From: Folioceros fuciformis
Lineage: Eukaryota
Assembly (NCBI GenBank): GCA_049999805.1
Contig: JBNGIO010006013.1
Location: 1 to 37,335, forward strand
DNA length: 37,335 nt
Direction: 5' to 3'
Below are positions 1-10,930 of this stretch, in pieces (position 1 is the first letter of the stretch; every line of letters begins with the position of its first letter). The notes beneath the pieces are model-generated. The model was not told the origin of the DNA. It saw only the letters and a list, made by a program, of their open reading frames with translations, and ran no database searches. The translations under genes and the position numbers were made by a program.

Positions 1-576
1 TGATTGCTGCGGAGCTGAGCTCCCTGCGCAACTAGCGGGGGTTTTGCGCTAAGTCTTCCTCAAGTGAGAGAGCTTTGGCTTGCCTCTCCGTCGCGCTAGT
101 GGTCCACCCTCAGGGGCCCTTTTCAGTTGGAAGGGAGCTGCCTTAACGCCGGGCTTGCAACAGACCTGCCTTGCTGACCTTGAAGTAGAAAACGGCGGCG
201 CTGCGTCTGCATTTGTATGGGACGGTGTTTTGTACCCTTGCATGGATGATCTCTTACTTTTTCTGTAGTTTGCTTTGCTGATTCTCAGCGGGGTGTCTGG
301 AGAAGGTATCATTGAGCCCTAGTCCCGTCACCTGGCAGGTGGTGGTGGTAGGGATCATTTTTATTGCAGAGCGCTCTGAAGTATTACGTGGTGGCCTGAG
401 CCCTTATGTATGCGGGGAAGGGTCCTTAACCTTCAGAGACTGGTTGGGGTGCAGGACGCCTGGGCATTGTCAGCTTCCTTTTCCCGTCTGCCCGTTGAGC
501 ATGTTCCATCGCACTGTAGGCCAAAGCATATTCGTTGCTTATGGATGGTGCGAGCTAGTGACCGTCTTCCTCACTC

Positions 577-676
577 NNNNNNNNNNNNNNNNNNNNNNNN
601 NNNNNNNNNNNNNNNNNNNNNNNNNNNNNNNNNNNNNNNNNNNNNNNNNNNNNNNNNNNNNNNNNNNNNNNNNNNN
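577..676. other. Assembly gap (100 N)
   Basis: Run of exactly 100 N. It hides the 5' end of the CK2 alpha gene. Confidence 0.99.
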
Positions 677-2955
<2,279 letters not shown>

Positions 2956-3441
2956 GGCTGCGGTCTGGATTTGCCGAAGCCCTGAAGTAAATGGGGTCTT
3001 CGACTCCATGAGGGCTTTCAAATGGAGGGGGTTGGCCGTGATTCTTTGGGTCTTTATCTCGTGGATCAGCTAAGGTGGTCTACAGTTGTGGCGGGCAGAT
3101 CTGGACTTGGCCTGGAGTCATGGTAGGAGTGCCTAGTATCTACTTGTATGAGTAGGGTGGAGGGTGGAATCCTGGACGTATTTGCAGCTTCTCCTTGCCC
3201 ATGTGTGGTGCTGTCTTTAGCTGATATGGATATAAAGAGGACCGACTTGACCTTGTGAGTGAAACTGGTTCAGCTGGCTCGGTTCGTTGGATTAATGGTG
3301 CAACTGTCGATTTCAAAAGTTCTTGGTTCTGACTTTCAGTTTAGAACGGTCCCAAACACTGACGACAGTGGACGCTGCGCCGGTAATGCCGCAGCGTTGT
3401 GGACGTGAGTCCCCGATCGTTCTCGGGGTACATTCCCGACA

Positions 3442-5870
3442 ATGGGTCTCGTGCAAGGCCAGCAGGTTGGGCTGGGTCGATGTCCTTGAGGTGCATGGCT
3501 GATGGCCTGGAGGGTGGTGGGGACGGTTTGTGTTGGTTCAGGTGGATGGGCAGTTCCAATGCGCCCTGGGCGGATGGAGAAGCATCGGTCGATTGCACTG
3601 GCTGCTGAGGACGCTCTTGTTGCTTCTCGTGATTCTGTTTATCGCCGTATCGTTTGCCATCCACCGTTACGGTTACGGAGAGGTGAGTCCACAGTGTGGA
3701 GCTGAAGGTCCGTGTGCTGCGTTTCATGACTGTCGGGACATTGGACGATGTGCTGAGCCTGTAGCCCACTTGCGTTGAAAGCACCAGCAAGTCTGGAGAT
3801 GGCGATCTCAGAGTTTTCTGCCTGGTTGGGGCTCCACGAGCTGCAGGGTGGGTAGCTCTTTACTACCAACTTCCTCCTGCAAGAGCAAACGCGACAGCGC
3901 CTTTACAATTTGCGCACTCTCTCCAGTTGGACGGCACGACCTCCCGCTTGAGTCTTCCGTCGGGGATTGTGGAGAAGACTTCCGACTTGGAACGAAGACC
4001 ATTGTGGGGCAAGAACCGGAAGCAGGTGCGCCACTGACTCCTGCGCACCAACCCTTGTTACATCTGCGCGATGCTCTTCTCACCTACTCTTATGGCGGGA
4101 AGCAGGAATTTGAAGGTGTCCGCAAGAGCCTATTAGCCATGGCAGTCGGGGTCAAACAGAAGGGCACCGTCGATCAGATTGTTCAACGGGTACCTTCTCC
4201 ATTCATCTCTACCTTGTCAACAAGTTTTACTGTGCGCATGACTCCGGGCTGTCATTTATTCAGCTGCCAGTTGATAATTTGCTCCGTGCTTGGCAGTTTC
4301 CGTTGAGCGATTTCACAGTGATGTTGCTTCACTATGATGGAGTGGTGGATGAGTGGAATCACTTGCCTTGGTTTAACGATGTTATGCACATTGTGGCTCT
4401 GCACCAAACGAAGTGGTAGTTTCTGGCAACCTCCGTGGCCCTGCCCCTGCCCTGCTAAGTATTCGGTCAAGTGCACATCAATGGGGCCTGATGGATGTGG
4501 ACAAATTGTAAACAGGTGGTTTGCCAAGCGTTTCCTCCATCCAGATATCGTGGCCCCTTACATGTACATTTTCCTGTGGGACGAGGATATCGGGGTCCAG
4601 AACTTTCAGGCAGGCAGGTACGGTCTTCAAGTCGTGGGTATTGGTACTAGTTGCAATGAGTTCCCAAGTTACGTCCTTAGCTGTATCGAGGTTTGCTCGT
4701 TGGCGTGTGCGGTAGCGTTGTGCAGAATCTTCACGTAATCATGGTCTGCAAGGTTGATTCTAGAAGTCTTATCTGTCAGCGCAGATATGTGTCCATTGTG
4801 AAGGAAGAGGGCCTGGAAATCTCACAACCGGCCTTGGATCGCAAAATATCCGAGATCCACCACGGGATCACAGTCCGGAATCCCAGAGTTAGAGTGCACA
4901 GGTAAGATATGCTGGGATGCTCCCAAGTCCTTCAGTATAGTCATACATTGACGATAAGATTCTCCAGCGTTGCGCAGGAGGGTGTATAAGTACCGTGGAA
5001 ATGGTCTCTGCTGGGAAAATAGCACTTCACCTCCCTGCACTGGGTAAGCTTATCCCCACAATTGCTTTTCACTCGGTCCACGTACCAGTGTACATTATCA
5101 GATGTGCTTCTGTTGATAGATGGGTGGAGATGATGGTGCCTGTATTTTCTATAGAAGCATGGCGATGTACGTGGCACCTCATACAGGTAGTAAACTTACT
5201 GATGACCAACGATCGCAAGTTTTTGTGTTTTCTGATCATTTTTGTCGGACGTTGTGCAGAATGATCTCATTCACGGCTGGGGCCTCGACATGAAGCTTGG
5301 CTACTGTGTTCATGTAGCACCCTTACATTCTTTCATTTTCAAAATCATGGTAGCGGCATGGAAGCTAACCATAATGAGCTGTTGGCAGGGAGACAGGACT
5401 GCGAAAATCGGAGTTGTAGATGCTGAATATGTTGTCCACCTTGGAGTCAGGACATTGGCAGCAACAGATGTACGTCATGCCACCTTACCCTTTGCAAGGT
5501 TGCTGTGGTCTTTCATCCTCAAATGCTTTCTGCAGTCTGTAGGATCGTTGGACGAGGCAGACAATCTCGAGGGTCAGAATGACGAACGACTTGAGGTAAC
5601 GCCGCCTAAATTCGAGTGTATGAAGACCAGGCTGTAACCATTCAGAATTTTCTCTTTGTTGCAGGATTTAGGAGGAGGGAGGATTGTAGATTCCAGAGTC
5701 AAGGTACTGCTATGAAAAGCTTGCTGTCGTCATAAAGCTTTTGATTTTCCATTAACCTACCGTGGCGATGCCAGATAAGAAAAAGATCGTACAGGGAATC
5801 GCATGTTTTTCACGAGCGTTGGGTACAAGCGGTGGAGAAAGATGATTGTTGGACAGACCCATACGTGTAA
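3442..5870 (+). CDS. DUF707 family protein (plant 'lysine ketoglutarate reductase trans-splicing related', glycosyltransferase-like) with N-terminal TM anchor, multi-exon
   Basis: Exon peptides: LLLLLVILFIAVSF (TM), KSLLAMAVGVKQK, FTVMLLHYDGVVDEW, HQTKWWFAKRFLHPDIVAPYMYIFLWDEDIG, EGLEISQPALD, STSPPCTGWVEMMVPVFS, NDLIHGWGLDMKLGYC, KIGVVDAEYVVHLG, RWVQAVEKDDCWTDPYV* (TAA 5868-5870). The first exon (ATG 3442) is tentative. Confidence 0.9.
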
Positions 5871-7069
5871 CCGCATTCCAGGGCGGAGTCTATCTTAACA
5901 GCTAGTCAAATTGATGCTTTGCTGAAGGCTCTGTCGGAAACTCTTCTGCGTGCTTCGAATCTCATTTGTGGTCTGCCGAACTTTGTGGTCTGTGGACTTT
6001 GCATTCTTATTTCTTTCCCGAACACTTGTATGAATTTGTATGTAACATTGGATATGACATAGGTCTCTCGTCCCGGGGCCCCAGCGTCAAGAGTGGTCAT
6101 CCAGGAGAACTGACTTGGTCTGATACCACATCCAGAACTGTAGAAAAGGGTTTGGATTCGGACGACGTTGATCGCCTATCCTAGGATCCTTCCACGAAAA
6201 GTCTTCTCCAGGAAAATGGTCATCGAGATCGGTTTCACTTCCATTGGTCTCACCAGCCCGGGGATCTCTTTTGCCACCGAAACGTTGGTAGAGGGTACTG
6301 GTCCATCCTGACCATGAGTGTCGGAGGCTGCTTCTTCCAGGGCCAAATGGACATTCTGCCCCAAAACAAATGGAACACACGCAAGAAGACATGAACGAAC
6401 TGGTGAGCTACATCTGCGAGGATCCAGAACAAGGCATCCGAGCCAAGCACTTCCGTGGCGATGTGCCAGCAAGCAGTCTCCTCCTTGAGTTTGTCGACAT
6501 CGTTTACCGTGCTGAAAATGTTGAACACAAGCCTGGCTGAATGGTTTTCAATAAGCCCTAGCGGAACACTGACAAGGAAGGTACGAGAGTCCAGAAGCCC
6601 ACAGTTCTGTACAGGCCTTGTTCAATCGGGCTCCCGATGCTGGAGTCGTTCAGCGCGGAGGACAGCTGAGCTTGGTACGCTGCAAGCATGAGAAGGCCTA
6701 CAAGCTCACTCACTGTGGCCGGGATCTCAATCACAGATGTGAGGAGTCACAGTAATGTCCTCGAGGGAATGTGTCTGTCTTGGCAAGCCCTCTGGCGTAG
6801 AATGTCCAGGCCACAGCAACAACTGTGAAGCAAGTTACCAGCATCGTGGTGCACCTGTAAGATGAAGGGGCGCACCAGTGAGGGGTGAGCCCATCTATCA
6901 CCCTAAACCATGATGGGAGATTGAATTCTGGTGATCCACCACCTGTTGTTCATCTTCGGTGGTACATGTGGATGCTGATAGGATACAGATATCCATCAGA
7001 ACCTGTCAACTCCAGCCTCAACCAGTCGGTTAGTGGAATTGACACTTCCTTGCAGAGAACTCCTCTGTC

Positions 7070-8418
7070 TCACGGTCGATCGTTACAACTGCAAGAACCA
7101 GCTGCAAATCGATGGACACGGTATCCATCTCTAACAGCAATGTCTCTCTTCTCAACCCTTGACATGATCTGCGTGGCACCGTGGCAGTCACCACACACGC
7201 GTAGATTTTTCGTTACCAGCAGAGGTGTGGCACCGGGAGTGTTCAAGAGACCATACGCCAGAGCTAGTCTCTCAGCATGCCCGCAAAGCGCCTCTTCCTT
7301 TTCCTTCTCAGACAGTGACTTCAACACCAACTTCGTTTGTGGAACATGGCCCCCTTCCTCCTTTACACGGACGTTCATGCTCTCTGCTTCGAACGAAATT
7401 AAAGCCCGTCGTGCATCTTCCAGTTCCCAACGTTTTACATACATGTCCACCAGTCAGGTGCCAAGAAATAAATCAGGAGCAATGCCACTGTGCAAGTGCA
7501 CTTTCCTGCCAAACTCCAAGTCGGTTGAAAATGCGCAAGCTTGAAGAGCAGCTGCAAAAACGAGCGAATCTGCCTCCACCCCTGAGGTACGCATTTCAAG
7601 GTACAGTTGCACGGCATTACTAGGCTTCCCATGCTTAGCACATGCGGAGATAAAGGAAGACCACATGAAGGCATCTGGTTTTCCTACCCTGGTGAACACA
7701 TCCATGGCCTCTTGTAACCGACCTTCGCGTGCATACATGCGAAGCATATGGTTCCCCAAATATGTATCTGACTCGTACCCAAGATTGACCGTGAGATCAT
7801 GAACTTGACGCAGCACAGCCAAAGCCCTCTTAGCTGCAGACAGTTTGAGCACAGTACACAGCACACTGAGGAACAGCCTGTCTGCGCCAAGGATTTGACA
7901 GTGCCTCAGTCAGTTTCCTTTGGTGACTTCAATGGCTCACGGTTATGGTAGTTACTACAACCATTTCTGATTCTGCGGACCTGACGGGATGACGACAGCG
8001 TAACTTGGCGGGAGATGTACCATGACCCATCTGCATATCCAGAGCAATCAGCTGCTCGCCCACTCAAACTGGATTGGAAAAGTTGTTCAGCCAGAGGACC
8101 TCGCCGGAGCCCTCACGCCGGAAGTCAGGCGAACGGGAGCTCTTCGTATCTCTCCTGTTGTCCCACCACATGGTAGGCTCCACAAAAAATTGTTTCCACA
8201 AGAGCTCCTGTTCCTGGCGACGACCATCTAGAAAGCTGCTCCCCAGCCACAGCACTTCTCGGAAGTGCTGAAGGCCTTGCACTATCGTAGATCAAGCGTT
8301 CATTGTTCGCCAGAAATTTACTCCCTGAGGTGAGACGAACAGGAAATCTTTGGAGATTCCCTGTACACCCATCCATTGGATGGGTCCAGAACAGATCCGG
8401 TTGCCATGATGCAGCCAT
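7070..8418 (-). pseudogene. Pseudogenised, internally deleted paralog of the PDF-PPR-DYW:KP gene at 10931-13324
   Basis: Starts MAASWQPD (cf. MATIWQPD) and retains WKQFFVEPTMWWDNRRDTKSSRSPDFRREGSGEVLWL. It has frameshifts and in-frame TGA stops (approx. 8064 and 7454). The L-S-P-L-S motifs are joined directly to the distal DYW:KP part (HAERLA, CGDCH, ending CSCNDRP*). Confidence 0.9.
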
Positions 8419-8725
8419 CTTCCAGGCGCCCCGCTCGGGACATGAGTCGCACAACGAACTATGCAGACCGTAGCAGAATGCGTGGGAATTGTGAAGGACC
8501 AGCGAAGCGTGCAGATTCGACATCACCCTTCGCAAGTGCAAAGCACAAGCTTTAGGAGATGCGCGAATAGGAAAATTATCAGGAATCGTGTCCTACCCAC
8601 GAAGACTGCCTCCGTATCACTCTTTCCTCCATGCATGACATACGCCGAGCAAAAGAAGGCGACGGAACGGTGCATTGGGGCTCTAAGAGTGGGTCGGTCT
8701 AGAGATTAATACGCTTTGCTTAATC

Positions 8726-8810
8726 AGATTGGTAAGCTCTATTAAGCAGATTGGCAAGTTCTATTAAGTAGATTGGTAAGTTCTATTAAGTAGATTGGTA
8801 AGCTCTATTA
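8726..8810. repeat. Tandem repeat, 22-bp unit x ~4 (agattggtaag(c/t)tctattaag(c/t))
   Basis: Near-identical units start at 8726, 8748, 8770 and 8792. Confidence 0.9.
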
Positions 8811-9139
8811 GTAGTAAAATTTTCATTCGAGTTAGATAACGTTGACAAGGTTGCATGGACATGTGACAAAGTTTGTATGGACGTGTCGTGTTTATGTTGG
8901 GTATGGATAGTGAATATGTTGGGTGGCTAGGGCCTTCTGCGAACCATTAAGGATACCATTGTTACCATTGTGCACTTTATGCCGTTCACCCACAATCGCA
9001 CTACATTATACCATAAAGGATCTTTTCGATTTTACAGTCAAGGAGCTTTTCTTTTTTTTCTTGGATAGGGTGGTCTACCCACCTCCATCTTTGGAGGCGC
9101 TGTTTTGGACAGCTTATGACCATTTTCAAGATTCAATTT

Positions 9140-10190
9140 TGTCTCCAGGATCCTTTGAGTGGTTTTTTAGAGCTTTTTATTCTTGTAGTTGTTGTGGTTA
9201 GGGCTAAGGTTCCCAATTAAATCTCACAAGTTTGGTGCATAGTAGGCTACTAGCTTTGGAAAAGCTACATGAAGGGTGCACTTTATGGCTATGAGGGAGA
9301 TGCTTTAAGACCGGATTAGCCATATTATTGCTATTCAACTTCGTGAACGCTTCCATGTACATCTTGCACTCCACTAATTTGGGCTTGCAATCCTAAGTGA
9401 GTGCGAATCTTACAACCCTCGATATTGAGGCCGCCCTCAAGTCACATCCTTATTAGGTGGCTTTATAAGTTGATATTGAGAATGATTTCAACACTAGAGG
9501 CTGTACAAGTTGATATTGAGAATGATTTCAACACTACTAGAGGCTGTACAAGTTGATATTGAGAATGATTTCAACACTACTATAGGCTGTACAAGTTGAT
9601 ATTGAGAATGATTTCAACACTACTATAGGCNNNNNNNNNNNNNNNNNNNNNNNNNNNNNNNNNNNNNNNNNNNNNNNNNNNNNNNNNNNNNNNNNNNNNN
9701 NNNNNNNNNNNNNNNNNNNNNNNNNNNNNNACTAGAGGCTGTACAAGTTGATATTGAGAATGATTTCAACACTACTAGAGGCTGTACAAGTTGACATTGA
9801 GAATGATTTCAACACTACTAGAGGCTGTACAAGTTGATATTGAGAATGATTTCAACACTAGAGGCTGTACAAGTTGATATTGAGAATGATTTCAACACTA
9901 TTTCTAAAGTCACCATCTTCTTGGAGGTAAGGAGCACATGTACCAATTGGCTTGTCTCATTCCATTTGTTCACTCTTTGTATGGCTTGCTACCTAAGCTT
10001 TATTACCAACAAAACGTGGTTATCGAGGGGGTCTCAATTTTTTTATTCAACAACAAGGCACGGGAATCTACTAAGGGGTGCTCTTTTTGCAATGACACAT
10101 GTTCTAGCTTTATATTCTACTGCCTTAGCATATTCGGAATGAGGAATGCATTTTTCTATATATGGCCGATGACACCCATTTGAGACATAA
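9140..10190 (+). mobile_element. Degenerate non-LTR retrotransposon reverse transcriptase remnant, CRE-clade-like
   Basis: Frameshifted and stop-interrupted peptides occur in RT order: SRLLALEK, H*FGLAILSECE (cf. HQFGVA..GGCE), VDIENDFNTISK (cf. D..NAFN.I.R), TRHGNLLRGALFA (cf. GxRQGDPLGxxLF), YMADDTHL (YxDD). Boundaries are approximate. Confidence 0.7.
9467..9900. repeat. Minisatellite, 43/40-bp unit gaggctgtacaagttgatattgagaatgatttcaacact(act)a, interrupted by a 100-N gap at 9631-9730
   Basis: About 4 copies are visible on each side of the gap. The true copy number is unknown. Confidence 0.95.
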
Positions 10191-10464
10191 TCAAAGCATC
10201 CTTTAATCTTTTCTCCTTAAAGCTCTTTAAGATGGGATTGAGGATAAGTTGTCTTAGTGTAGGCCTACACTTAGATAGCTTAAGGGCCAAACCCTCTTCA
10301 AGCATTACTCACTCTCTTCAATATTAAGAGGGGGGACATCTGTCTCCTCATAGGGTCACTAAGTCAATTCTTAATTCCAATAAGACTACTCAGCACCCTT
10401 GACAAGATTGTCACTAAGTCCCTACCACACAAGTTGGATTATCACTAGGTCCCGACCACACAAG

Positions 10465-10567
10465 TTGGTGCCATTACTTCATGGCTGCTTGGTGCCATTA
10501 CTTCATGGCTGCTTGGTGCCATTACTTCATGGCTGCTTGGTGCCATTACTTCATGGCTGCTTGGTGC
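10465..10567. repeat. Perfect tandem repeat, 24-bp unit ttggtgccattacttcatggctgc x4 plus partial copy
   Basis: Units start at 10465, 10489, 10513 and 10537, with a partial copy at 10561. A ~31-bp imperfect duplication precedes it (10412-10468). Confidence 0.95.
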
Positions 10568-10930
10568 TGTAGCATGGGATTTCACTTAAAACAGGTGCAT
10601 TTTTATAACCTTTGCTGATCTAAGAATCTAAGTGGTGGATCCACAAGGACCAAATTCCGGCAGTATTCATCTCTTGGACTTTCAGAAGGCCTATGGAGGT
10701 GCATGCCGCTATATGGCTTTGGCTTATTTTCCACTGACTTCTGTCAATGGAACATAATTATAACTACTTCAGCCGCGGGATAACAATTATAACTGAGGAT
10801 GCTGGTCCAAGGTTGCAGAGAAAGGCGACCCTTTGCTCGCTTTGCCATAGGCCAATCCATCTCCAAAGGTCAAATGGCGGCAGTCTTCCAGCCTACACAC
10901 ATGAAGGGAGGGGCTAATTCTTCGTCACTG

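Noticed and set aside
1-576. Short ORFs before the first gap
   Set aside because: No recognisable motifs, and continuity with CK2 across the N gap cannot be established.
6885-7544. 219-aa plus-strand ORF and similar antisense ORFs over the PPR, copia and PARP genes
   Set aside because: These are shadow ORFs opposite recognisable coding sequence and have no motifs of their own.
7454-8066. Idea that TGA stops in the PPR pseudogene are repaired by U-to-C editing
   Set aside because: The gene is nuclear. The stops align to Trp and Cys in the paralog, not Arg, and frameshifts plus a large deletion are also present.
9467-9900. Partly palindromic ~40-bp repeats resembling a CRISPR array
   Set aside because: Units are head-to-tail with no unique spacers, there are no cas genes, the context is eukaryotic and the unit derives from RT coding sequence.
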